A stretch of DNA of 59,697 nucleotides, the filler included, from Sphacelaria rigidula (taxonomy: Eukaryota): the NCBI GenBank assembly GCA_964200075.2. It is 4 parts of 4 records of this genome, joined end to end, with 100 filler letters (N's around TTAATTAATTAA, not from the genome) between each part and the next. Parts side by side here need not be neighbours in the genome. Positions count along the whole stretch, not along the records: positions 1 to 14,852 come from CAXNAA020002016.1; positions 14,953 to 29,804 come from CAXNAA020002017.1; 2 more parts are not named here. One strand, 5' to 3'. Below, one piece after another: positions 13,361-26,300 of the stretch (position 1 is its first letter; every line of letters begins with the position of its first letter). A program made the translations under genes and the position numbers. Under the pieces are notes generated by a model. That model was given only the letters and a program-made list of their open reading frames with translations. It was not told the DNA's origin and did not search any database.

Positions 13361-14852
13361 CGGGAGTATGCGCCGGAAAAGTGTGAAACCTTTAGAGTTG
13401 TGCAGAATTTATTCGTGAGCCAAGGGTGCCGAAGGCGAAAGCGAGCCTCCGGGGGCGTTTCATCCCGCCGGAGGAGCCAAAAACTACACCTCCAAAGGCG
13501 TTTAAACCCTCTGGAGGCTCGAATATTGACCGCTCTGGAGAAATTTCGGGGGTAGCCAAATGGCCGCGTGTGGGTGCAGATAGATGCGTTTAGCTTGATT
13601 CAGCAAGGATTGCAGAGCTTTGTGGTATTTGTGTGGTCTTGCTCTTGTCGTGTAAGTGTGACGTGTAGTGTATTGCCGAAGCCCAAAATATATATCTTGG
13701 CCTTACTTGGCTCTGAAGTCGTCCGAAGAAATAAAGCTTCGGCACAATTTTTTTATGTTTCATGTACTTCTCTGTTTTTATTTTTCATTCATGTATGGGA
13801 TTTAGAAACCCCCTGCCGCCCCCCCTTGAAAACATCCAGGATTTTAAAAGTGGTCATAGGGTCTGAGATTTTCATTCTGGGCACCCTCGCGTGAGCCTAA
13901 TTTTCCGAAGCTTTCAGAGGTGATTTGGGATCTGGCGGAGTCTCCGAGTGATGCTACGGTAGGGGTACACAAATATTTTCTGAGGTTAGAATTGTTAGAA
14001 GCCCTTTATATCATGCAAAACACAACCTATGATGATACGTGAAAGTACGCTAGGATTACTACTCCAATGTGCTGGGGATATCCCGGATGAACATGCAAAC
14101 GGGGATGCCCTGACCCATATTCTTGTGCATCTAGAATCGTTAGGAGCCCCTGAACTAGACATAATTTTGCGAAAAATGTGCACCCCTACCGTATAGTCTT
14201 CTTATACGCGTCACTCGTCCCCTTGCCTCTTGTGGCAGCTGCGCGCACCAGCTCTCAAAGGAGAAATAACACTGGGCTCTGCCTTGGAGGGACTCCTGAC
14301 CACCTATATGGTGACGAACGACAAGGAAGAAATGGAAGTGGACCTGGGGATCATCAAGAAGCAGATGTAGTGCCTCAAGAGCAAAGGGAAAAATCCACAA
14401 TTCAAAAGGACGCGGTTCCTCTGGGTCAGATGCATGAACCCGGGAAGGGCAGGCAGCAACCCGTGATTCAAACTTCCAAAGAGCATCAACAGTACCGGTT
14501 CCTCGGCTAGAGCGCTGCCGTGTTGTGTCGTGGGTAAATTACATGCTGAATGTATTCCTGGTTTCGATGGCCTCTGTACGAGCTGGGCCAGCCTAGAGGC
14601 TGCATGGAAGTTTGCAGGCGGATGCGCCGGGCATAATAAAAAACCGGGAAGAAGCACATGAAGGTTTTTGTTTTTCGTGAGTTGAGGGCGTTTTGCTGAA
14701 AGTTGGAAACTGATTATTGCCCTTAACTCACAAAAAAAAAAAACTTCATGTGCTTCCTGATTTTTTATTATGCTCCATGCATTGTCCGTACCAAATTTTA
14801 GGGTCCAACTCTAAATATTGCCCGGCACATTCGCCTTTTGAGAATCGGATCG

Positions 14853-14952
14853 NNNNNNNNNNNNNNNNNNNNNNNNNNNNNNNNNNNNNNNNNNNNTTAA
14901 TTAATTAANNNNNNNNNNNNNNNNNNNNNNNNNNNNNNNNNNNNNNNNNNNN
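14853..14952. other. Artificial contig spacer
   Basis: 44 N + TTAATTAATTAA (stops in all six frames) + 44 N. Confidence 0.99.
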
Positions 14953-16042
14953 CCCTCCCCCCCCTCTCCCCCCTCGACCAAGCCAACACACGAAAGAGAC
15001 CGCCCCCCCCCCCCCCCCTCCCCTCCGGCATGCATAATCATCAGTTCCCTCCCCCTCCCTCCGGGCCCCCTCGAAGATGAAGTAGTTTGGTACACGAGAT
15101 ACTGGCGAAAAAACGATCGCAATACGAAGAGGTATGATGGTCACAGACGACGGAACAGGAAGGGAATAGGATGTGTAAAATGTTTTAGTTTATGGGAAAA
15201 ACGCATTGAGTGCCCAAATGTTGCAGTTGTCCCTGCTACGAGTAAGAACGGTGCTCCTCTCGAAAGGGGTGGGTGGTCAATGATCAGACGACCAAGGCAA
15301 ACAACAAATGAATACCCCCCCCTCCCCTCCGGTGACAGTCTTTGAACCTCGATCATTGCCACGGAAACGCCATGTATATCCAAGGTCATTTTCCAAGCCC
15401 ACGGGACTCTTGGCCTCACTACATGTCGCAGCACCGTACGGTGGGATTATACGGAGCATCGTAGGGGTCTTTTTCAAACATCAGTTTTATTTTGTTCTAA
15501 ATCTCCGATTTTTTTGGAGAAAAGACCCTTCTCACAAGAAATGTAGGAACAGGCTTCTCCGAAGACCCAGCTTCGGATTCATTTTTTGGTCTTTTCTTCA
15601 CTAGAGAGGTCGAACCAAAAACAATTTCTCGCAATAAGCCGACAAGAACCTGGGAAAATGCTTCATTAGTAAGATCCCTTTCCCAGGGTAATGCGTAACG
15701 CCGAAGTCAAACGTTGTCCGCACGCATGGCCCCGCACAGCTGGCAGATCTGTTCATTTTACCCAACACGCTCGAATCAATGTTCCCAACGGCATAACCTT
15801 GGGTGGACTAGCCGCCACACTGTACGTACGAGAAATTGAGGACTCGTGCCCCATAGTAATGTAGTCCGTGACCTAGGGCAGGCAAACCTCCGAGGGCATG
15901 AGTTCCTGCCCTCCTTCCACAAATATCCGTGTTTTCATTCCCCACAATGTGCCTGGTGCCTGGGGTGTCCTTGGAACATTTTGTTCGCAAGTCGCGCAAA
16001 ACATGTTGAAATGATCGCACGATATTCGCGCTTTATGTTGTA

Positions 16043-16966
16043 CCGTAAGTTGCTCTGTGATCGCACAGAGGTGCGATCGATTTTGAATGTTTTCGAACTT
16101 CTTTTTTTTTTCGCACAGGGGTGCGTTCTCACGACCCCTGTGCGGAAATCGAATGAAATCATTTGGTACTGCTTTTCCATCGCACACCCCTATGCCATCT
16201 CAATGACATGTGCGATATTGAGTAAATAATTTCGATGACACCAAGGTCTGTGAACGCACACCCTGTGCGATAACCCCGCCATGTGCGATACTGAGTAAAC
16301 CTTCGCCGGTGTAAGGTAACAATCTGCAACAGCACTGCCGCAGGAACCAGGTGTGAAGATGCCTGAAACATAACAAGTACACACGGGCACATAGCCACAG
16401 CACGACATCAAGCACACCGCACGAGCCTACGGTAGTTGTCGTGGTACCGGTATACCTTCACACGAAATGTCGAGGAGAGAGACGAGATTAATTGCAAGAA
16501 CTATCGTTCGGTGCCAGTACGCGTTTGCTTTCGGGCTTGGTTCTTTCCGTCAGAGTTGGCTTTTGGTGAAAGGTTTCGGCTTTGGTTGTTCTATCCGAGG
16601 TGCACGATGAGAACTGGAGTAAAATAAATTGAAAAAGAAAACCACACCCTATGTTTTTTGTGCCTGCACTGCCACACCGCAGTGCGTAGTCCAGACAAGC
16701 CCCATGACGACCAGCGGAATGAAGACAAAAATCGTGGCAACTCAGGCTGTCCGCCCCAAAGACCCATCCGCGCGCACATGTCCTCACGCCCGGAAGGTGG
16801 CTGAGACGCATTTCATCCTTGAGATCGCACCCCTGTGTGAAAACAATTCCCCCTGTGCGAAAAACCAATTAAATCATTTCATAGCGTGTTTTTGATCGCA
16901 CAGGGGTGCGTTCTCACGACCCCTGTGTGAAATTCACGCCCTGTGCGATCACAGAGCAACTTACGG
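16043..16966. mobile_element. Non-autonomous Tc1/mariner (pogo-like) MITE
   Basis: Perfect TIR CCGTAAGTTGCTCTGTGATCGCACAG with TA on both sides. Internal repeats of TCGCACAGGGGTGCGTTCTCACGACCCCTGTG at 16111 and 16896. Confidence 0.85.
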
Positions 16967-17377
16967 TACTTTTGTTACGACGGCTTGGCAGCTCTTGTTA
17001 TTCTGTTCGGATTTGGTTTGGTTTGGTCCTAGATCCATCGACCCCGCATCTTCGGTGGACTAGTTATGCCTTTTTTGTTTCATCGTTGAGGTCTTCACGT
17101 CCCCTCTCACCCTCCCCCTCACCGTTTTTTTGTTGGTGTTTTTGTTTTTGTTTTTTTTTTGTTTGTTTTTTTTTTTGTCTNNNNNNNNNNCCTCTCCCTC
17201 TTTCTCCCTCCCCCCCCCCCCTTCTGGGGGCTCGTTTTGCCTTTTTTTTTTTTTCTTTTTGGGTTTCCCCCCCCCCCCCCCCCCCCCCGTGTGTGTGTGT
17301 GTGTGTGTGTGTTGACTTTTTTCCTTGATGGACTGCTGTGCATATATGCTTGTTGGTATCCCTTCGTGGGAACACAG

Positions 17378-20300
17378 ACCGATTCAATGCTGCAGAACGT
17401 TGCGTCACAAAAGGCTATGCTCCCAGGCGACGAGGTGATGTCGCGGTTGTACGACGCTATCCAACCTACCAAGGACGACTTCGAAACGGCGAGCAGGGTG
17501 CTCCAAGACAGAAGAGCGGTGAGCGGTCCGAAAGATGCAGTGTTAGTGTTGAGCACAAAATGAGTCATGATGTAATCGATTTTCTATTGTTTTCGACCAT
17601 TTGACAACAGTAGCCATTGCCTCCCAGGGCTAATAAATGCCCGACTGATACCCTTAGAGCGGAGAAAAACACCGGTTCGATTTCCGCCAGATGCGTCTAG
17701 TTCGCCCTTTTTTTTCTCGTGATCTGATTTCCTTCGCTGAAAGTGTGAGGATGTGACTGGCAAAAGTGGCGTTTTTGGCTGAGTTTGTTGTACTTTACAA
17801 CAGTCGACGCGGTGTGATACGAAGATGTCGAGACGTTTGCCGCAAAAAAGATGCGTTGGGTTGATCCCTTCAGGCCACGGACTCGTCCCAAGTAAGGGAT
17901 AGGGATAGAAGTGAGAGCGAAAAACCCCATCCAACACTGAGGCTATCCGTGACCCTAACCCGAACCCTCACCCTAACCCTAGCCCCAGTCTAACGTTACT
18001 TGGCTCTGACGTGAATATCGCTGTAGGATCACCAAGGGGAGGAGCAGTACATCCGATCCCTGAGCGGGGCAAGGACGGACCCCCTATCGGCGTTCGGAGC
18101 GGGTATATCGGGGCTGGTGCACAGGATCAAGCAGAACTCTCGCAAGGTGAATCAATCAGAATCCCAATAACAGTTGTCAATCCTCAAGTAAGACAGTGAA
18201 GTCGCAACAGGGCGTCATGGTGATAGAAGTAAAAGTTGCTCGTTGTGCACAAAAAATGACGAGCCGAAGGCGCCCGCCGTATCGTTAATTCCACCTTGAA
18301 TGTTTGCGGCAATATGCAGATGGGGTCCACTGTCTTCTGTGCACTGGTGTGATCGGTGCATGCCCATCCTGAAGAGCAAATTGTTGCATGTAGTGTCATT
18401 ATGCGTAGGTTGAACATTGGTCCCTCAGCATTCTTCATCCTTCACTTGAAGTGTTGGCAAATCGATGAACCCCTCCCCTCTTCCCCCCCTCTGGCAAGCA
18501 ACAAATGAGTACGCCCCCCCCCCCCCCCCCCCCCACTACCGCGGAATGACGGGTAAGTTTGTGGGCAGGAGGATAGTGGAACGAACGAGGATTCAAAACC
18601 GCTATGTCTTTCTACTCTCATTTTGTTTAATGCGCTGATTGGAGTTTTTCAGTCCCAGCCTTCCTCCGTTGGCTTGTTGGTTTATTGATATGGATAGTCC
18701 TGTATCACGGTTCGGACGAACAAGATCGTGATTCGACTCATGTTCAACTATTTGGACGAATCAATTACGTGGTTCGCACGGCGCCACTTTGAGTGTACAC
18801 ACTCCGAGTTCGTGATTCGTGCGCCATACGTTTCCCATCTTCCATTCGTATAGCGTGAATCATTGGTACATGTGTCCTACTTTCCGTTCATGCAGCATGA
18901 ATCACACGCACATGTTCCTCACCTTCCATTCACACGAAGTGAATTAAGCGTACTTCTTCCGCAATTTCCGTTCATGCGGCATGAATCATACGTACCTGTT
19001 CCCTACTGTCCATTCATGCAAGACAGATCAAGTGTATATGGTTCCCACTAATAATTTGTGCAGCGCTAGTCATGCGTACATGTTTCCCACCTTCTGTTGA
19101 TATTGTATAAATCATGTGAACATCTTGTTCCCCACATGTCATTTCATGGAGCGCGACTATTCGGCGGCGCGGCCCTTTTACGGGTAGGATAGGCAAACAA
19201 GAGCGTACAGATCGCGAACCCCTCAAGAGCCTGATCCGCGATGAAGCCAATTTCAGATCTTTTACTCATACGTAGCACATCAACTATGGTACAACGCACG
19301 CGTTTGCGTGCCCAGAGTGGTTGTTCTAGCCAGTTTTCCCCCTGAGCTATTCTATTGACAGCCCTTGTGGTTTCGTGTTGTGATCTGTGGTACACTTGGC
19401 CTAAACATACTGTATACAAAACCACGAACACTTGCGAAGAACACAGCACAAGCTAGAGTTGTCTTCGCATGCTCGCGGGAGTTTTCAAGCTCCCCGGCAG
19501 CGTACTCTGCGGTCCGGGATCAGTACGGTACAGCACGGCACAGCACGCATCTGCGCGCCTACAATAGAGTGATTCTTCTGCCCGTTCATTTTCCCATGAT
19601 TCATACAGCATGAATCACAGGATTCATGTAGTGTTCCACTTTTCCTTCGTGAGCACGGATCATAGATACGTGTTTCCCACCTTCCGTTCATACGAGGTGA
19701 ATCAGGCGTACACGTACTTGCCCTTTTATCCATGCAGCATGAATTATAGGTACGCGTTATGCACCTTCCATTCATACGAGGTGAATCACGCGCAAGTATT
19801 TCCCAATTTCCGTTCATGCAGCATGAATCATTCGCACATGTTCTCCGCGTTCCATCTACACGAGGTGAATCGAGCGTACATTTTCCCCTATCGCCGTTCA
19901 TACGGCATGCATCGTACATACATGCTCCCCACCTTACATTCATACGAGACGAATCAAGTGCACATGTTTCCTACCCAAGATTCACACAGGAAGTGTGATC
20001 GTACATATTTCGCACTCTTGATTTGTCTGATACGACTTGAAGTGTACATATTCCCAGTTCGTGATTCGTTCGGTATGACCCTACACATGCAACTTTCCCA
20101 TCCGTGATTCATACCGGATGGCTCTTTGGTACGTGATTCGCATTCAACGTTCATGGGGAGCCAATCCGTACTGTATGCTCATTGCATTCTTTGATGACGG
20201 GTTCGAGAGATCGAGCGAATGTGACGGCATCGTAATTGTCGTGAATATTACTGTTCATGACTAAGAACTGATGATATTGATGGGAGAAAAGTAGTAATTC

Positions 20301-23300
20301 TGATTTTATTAGCCCCTTCCCTTCCCTCGGCACGACGGGTCCGCAGTCTATTAGTGTCAGGGGAGAATCAACCCATTGCTGATACTCGGTGCACGCCCTG
20401 CATGCGGGCGTATGGTATCACGGATTGGATCAAGACAACCAGCACTGCCGCACCGAGTCGTCTCTAATGAAAAAAGAATACTGCTGCTCACGTCCTCATG
20501 GCCTGGACGACGAAAATGAGATACCTGTCAGAGAAGAACTTGCACATCTGCTGGAATTCAACCCCACAGTATTCGTCCATGCATGTTTCAGTTATACCGG
20601 TTGGACAACCGGGACAACAGGAAACCAGCACGACGCCGCTCCCCTCATCCCCCCTGGAAGTGGCGAGACAAAAAGATGAAGCAAGTCATTCGATGTTGTC
20701 ATCTAAATGCAAGATAACCAGTATGCTTCGGGCCGAACATTCTCAGCAGGGTGCAGCTCACCCCTCATGCGACTCGCTGAACACATTACGGCGCTTCGCG
20801 CTCGGTCATTGACTTCGAGTCTGATCCGGGGAAAGCCCGACGTGCTCCGTCGCGGCTTGGTAAGGATGCGAGGCCAAGGGTCAGATGAATACGGCATGGA
20901 GAGTCATGAGTCCCCCCTCCCCATGCCGGACGTGAACGAGAAGGTGGCATGAAATTGTCTGATGCATTAAATAGTAGGGGGGGAAACGTTGCTATACTAG
21001 GAGATGGATTGTGGCCACATGAGGCTGAACAGGACGAGGATAAGATATGTGACCGGTTTTTGTGTGATGTATGGAAGAAGCGATGTGAGTCCTGAAATGT
21101 TGAAGGTGTCTCCATTAGAAGTAGGAACGGTACTCCTTTTCGGAAGGGTTGCGTAGTGAACGGTTGAATGACTAAGGCAAGCAGCAAGTGAGTCCCCCCC
21201 CCCCCCCCTCCCCGCGCGCGTCCGTCTCCACACCTCTGCGTGCGTGTAAATACTTGCCTGTCGCGGTTGCATAGTTTCGTTCTTTACCGGTGGGGCCTGT
21301 TGGGGCCTACGTGAAGCTGAAGGAGGAGCACAAGGCGTTCGCTATTCCGGTGGAAACCGTCCTCGGCTCATGTATGAACAACTTCGTCGTCACGTGTCAG
21401 GAGTGAGTGCGGGGGAGACAGATCACAACAGACATGTGTTTTTTCGTGCCGTTGTTTTCTGTGGCAACCGTAGTTGTGTTCTTCTAGTTTTCTTTGGGTT
21501 GGTGGAGGTTACTGTTTTTTTCCTGGTGCTGTTTTTCTGTGAAAATGATACCGTATTTGTGTGTGTGTGTTTTTTTTAATTTTGTCGTTTACTTTTTGTT
21601 GAGTTTTAGGTTGACCGGATTCCAAGGGTAGAATACCCCGAGTAATTACTCTCCTTAAATTTTGGGTAGATTGGGTACGGCCTCAAATACTCTCCTCAAA
21701 CTTTGGGTAGATGGAGTATGACCCCAAATACTCTACTCGAATATTGGGTGAGCACTCTCATAAATACTTGGGTATAAGGAGTAACCGTGACTGTCGGCGA
21801 CTTCGTGACGTCACTTCACTGACTAATATATGGGCGAACGATGGCCATCAATGAGATGAGTGATGTTGCGTCACGGGCTATAATGAGTACGAGTGAATGG
21901 TGGCCATCAAAATAAAAAAAAAGCGTGCAGGTGAACGAACCTACCTGCCCCAGCTCACTTGCCCCCACCCACGGTAGTACATGCTTCATTCCTCGCAACA
22001 TCTTCGATATCAAGAAATGTGAACACGGCCCCAGGGAACGATCGAGGCGATGGAGAGCTACTCTGCTCCAGTTTTGGTATTTTGCGTACGAGCTTGAATA
22101 CTAAAGTTATACCCAAGGTTTTGGTACAGTGGGTCCGGCCTCAGATACTCTACCCAAATTTCGGGTAGATTGAGTATGACCTAAAATACTTTGCTCAAAT
22201 TTTGGGTAGATTGGGTATGACCTCTTTACTCAAACTTTGAGTAGATTAAGTACGACCTCAAATACTCTTCTCAAACTTTGGGTAGATTGAGTACGACCTC
22301 AAATATTCTACTCAAACTTTGGGTAAGTACTGTCAGTAATACTTGAGTATAGAGTATCACTTGGGCATGACCTCAATTCTCTACTCAAGTCTTGGGTAGA
22401 TTGAGTATACTCCGCTCGACGTGCCCTTGCTGGATTCATAGCAGATAAGGTTTGGTGTGTGTTCGACAAACAGATTTGTCAATTGAAACCAACTTGATCA
22501 TTCGTGTGTCGTTGACGTTTTTTGCTTGTATAGGGCTTTCTCTCCTTCTTTCCCTCATTATTACTTTTCAATTTTTTGGATCGGCGGTTTGGTGGCTACT
22601 TTTTACATTTTATTTATACTCTCCAACTACGAGTATTGTGTCTATTTCCTGACTCTTGTGCAAGGCTTCTGGGGGCCAGGTGGACTTGACTGAATTATTC
22701 CATGTACATATCGAGCCGCCGCGTCCCGGTGGTGTAATGGTCCAACTGTCGCCATTAGGGTGGAGAGAACGAGGGTTCGATCCCCGGTGCGTTGGCTTTT
22801 TGCTTCGTGACATGTGATATCCACCGTGGAAAGCGTGAGAACGTGTGTAAACAAAGTAGTCGACTGGGTTTGTTTGACGTGAGTTGATGCGGTGCGGAAG
22901 TGCTGATAGTCATGACCCAATCCGCGAGACCAAAATGCAAGGCGTGTACCAGGGGAGAGATATGGATGATTCCGTTCGACTACGGGCTCGTTTCGAGGAA
23001 GGGGCGGGTTCACTTTGCGACAAAAACAAATAAATACATTGTCCTATATTTGATCGCCTTATCGTTCCACTTGTCGGAGTATTGGATCGTGTGTCGAAAC
23101 GTACGCGGGTTGCGTGACGGCAGCCGCAGCTTTTGAAGAAAATAAAAACTTGAAAAAGAAATACATTGAAGGTGACCCGATAACGCTGGCGATGGTCCGC
23201 TCGAACACTTGCCGGGGAGAAGAAGTGCCGTGCTTGTTTTGATGTTGACTCTTTCGCTTGATTGCTGTGGGTCGAGGAGACTGGAGACTGGATTTCTTAC

Positions 23301-26300
23301 GAGATGTGATCAATGTCGGGCGTTTTCCGTTTGTTTTCGCGCCGCATTTTTGGATGATGTAGGTACAACACGGTACGTGCTCCTACCCTTACGACCCGAC
23401 CGGAACCGCATGCATGCTTTCCTGAAAAACGGATTTAATCTTTTTTTAAGAAACGACATCACCTTACCCTTCACATTTCGCACGGATTCTAAAATATCTA
23501 CAGTATATATATTAATTTTTGAGTATATATTATTTTTTTTCTATTTCGGTACCAACGCACAGTAACGATTCCCCGAGAGCCTTGGCGTTGGCTGACCCTT
23601 TCAGGCGCATTCAAATTCTCACCTCTTATGTTTGTGCTCTCAGGGACAAGCAGGAGCTTGTGAGGCTCATGAAGACTATCCAATGGAGAGAACCGCAGCC
23701 CACCATCATATTGCAGCACGCGGGCCGCAGGTACCGGTTTCCTGGGGTCGTGTATCCGTACCAATATGATGAATGTATAAGAGCTCGGAAAATGGTACCA
23801 GTTATAAATGGCCATCATCATTATAGTGGTAATAATGGTAATGCTCATATGGAAATTTTGGATGATGGCTTCAAAGCATCATTTCCCGTTATCGACTATG
23901 TATGCTACACAGCCCTTGACATTTTTCCCAAATTTGACATGATTTTCAGCTCTGGTGAAGCCAAAGCGTGTAAAAACGTGCCTCCGGCACGGCGCCTCCA
24001 GCGGGGCTATCCGGGAGCGCCTACGGCGTGGCCAGGCCCCCCCCTGTCGGGGGGGGGCTTTTTGGGTCGCGGCTGCGCCGCTCGATGACCAAACCATCAT
24101 GTACCATTCAAATGGTTGATGGTTGCGCGTCAAACAAACCATTTCCAAGCTCTAGGATGCATGATGTACGGGTGACTGCCACAGATATATCGCCAGTTTG
24201 CACTTGCTGACTCTGAAAGTAAGATATGTAAGTCCCTATGCCGAGGATGTGTCCTGCAAGGTACGGGTGTGTTCGGTAGGGTATGAGTGTGTTCGGTAGG
24301 GTATGACATTTTTGACAGAACTCACAGAACTGTCGGGTACCAGTATGGGAGTCTCACAGAAGTTATCGAGGGTCAGACGAATTATGATTTGTCCCAAAAT
24401 CACTTGCTTCTAGTATAGTTGATTCGTACCGTATGAATCAATCCTTGGGCTTTGTTCCGAGCGTTACACCCCAGGTACGCGTGCCTCTGAACGTTTCCCT
24501 CTATTTAGAGCGATCAGGCCCTATGATCGAAATCGTAGATTTGGTGAATCAAACCATCGGTGAGTCGTCCGACCCTTCGAACCTACAGAACCTGTCGGGT
24601 ACGGTATGGGGGTTGTACAGAAGCCTTTACTCGCAACCGGGTAATTCTATAAGGGTGTACTGGCGCCACTCGTCAAGGTAAAATATCGGTACACATCTCA
24701 CAGAACTTTCCGGTAGCGGTAGGAGAGACTCACAAAGCTCACAGAACTGTTGGGTACCAGTAGTAGTCGAGTAGTAAATACCCGGGATACACAAAAGTTG
24801 TTCCCTACAGAACGAAAAGGTGCGTGATTCGTTGTATTTTGTTTTATTGGGTATGCATTCGTGTTTTATATCAGTGTTTCTTATTTTTCTGTCTCGGGTA
24901 CGTCCATCATGCGGATAATGAACACGGCTGGATCATGACCCCTGGGATATCACTTCATGTGCGACGATCGATAAAGAATGACCGAAGCATGAACGGGTGG
25001 TGAAGATTTCGTTCATGATGACTCTCGCCGTTGGAGAAGAGGTTTTCGTGAAGAGGAATTTTACCTCCATGACACCGCAAAAACCTGGAGGTGTATTTCC
25101 CGTAAAAGTCACTTGAGCCGCTGAAGTGGTCGGAGATATTTGACGCATCTTCAGTACACTACCGTATCATTGATGTATGAAGAACCTCTGAATTGCGGAA
25201 GTTGTGAAGCGTAAATCTGGCGGCTCACGCGCCGCACGCAGGAGCAGTAGTTGGTGCAAGGATGCCTTGGGTAGGGTTCACACCCGGGTATTTACTCTTT
25301 CGAATCTTGTGTTGCGATGGTCCAATCTCCACATTCCACCCAAACTTTGGGCAAAGTTAGGTACGATCGCAACCCTCACTTTTTGTTGTCGAAATCGAGC
25401 CTGGTTGCTTTGTCGCATCTCTCTGATCGTGCTTTTTTTTTACTTGCCCGTAAGCTTCACACTACATCTGCTGAGGTTGGGTTACCGTACCGCGCCCCGT
25501 GTACTATCCTCGCAGTGTACATCTTTCGTCATATTCCATGGTATTTATCGGGTACCCTCAACTGATAACTGCGGTACCCCTCCAGCATCGCCAATAGTGA
25601 GCTTTCCCGACATTTGGGAACTGAATCGCGGCCCTGAATGAGAGTATATTCGTGTTTTGTAGATAATATGAATTTTAACCGCTGTTTTGTGAATGATGAC
25701 ATATTGCAGTTCGTAGTTTCTGACGTATTCAATGTTTTGCGGGTAATGAAATCGTTCATGTTTTATGAATGATGTGCTGACGTCTCTTCAGGTATTCTCC
25801 TCCCGAGGCGCCCAGTGGGTATCTGCAAGTTATGCAAGCCATTACCGTCTCCAATGACTTGGTGAGAGTTCGACTGGAATATGACCGTGTGTGTCACCGG
25901 CTTTCCTTGATGGCTGACTGGTTGTGTTGATACGCTCAGTGCTCTGGTCATTGTCCAGTGTTGCTTCAGGTTTGCGATATTGAACCTATCGGAGGTTTTG
26001 TTACCTTCGATCATGTCGAGTTTGTTTCCCATCAACTGGTCCGTTACTGTACATGTTTGATTCAACTTTTTGTAATCGTTTTTGGTCCAGTTATTAGTAG
26101 GACACCGAAACACGTGTAGTTATGCCACGATCGTTGCCGCAAGACGAATTTTCCGGCGGGCTGGAATGATCATTATCGTATATCGTTTCGTCGTGGCCGA
26201 CTCCAAGGTTATGTTTCGTGGGGGACGGTTGTGTTTGGTAAGGTATGGCATTTATTACAGAAGTTACAGGCATTTCCGGTACCAGTATGCAAGTGTCACA

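Noticed and set aside
17064-17320. ORFs rich in K/G/F/P
   Set aside because: They derive from homopolymer and (GT)n low-complexity sequence around a 10-N gap.
17952-17985. Telomere-like (CCCTAA)n tract
   Set aside because: Only about 5 degenerate internal units; not a chromosome end.
18740-22429. CRISPR arrays
   Set aside because: The 'spacers' are homologous to each other, the repeats are degenerate, there are no cas genes, and the context is eukaryotic.
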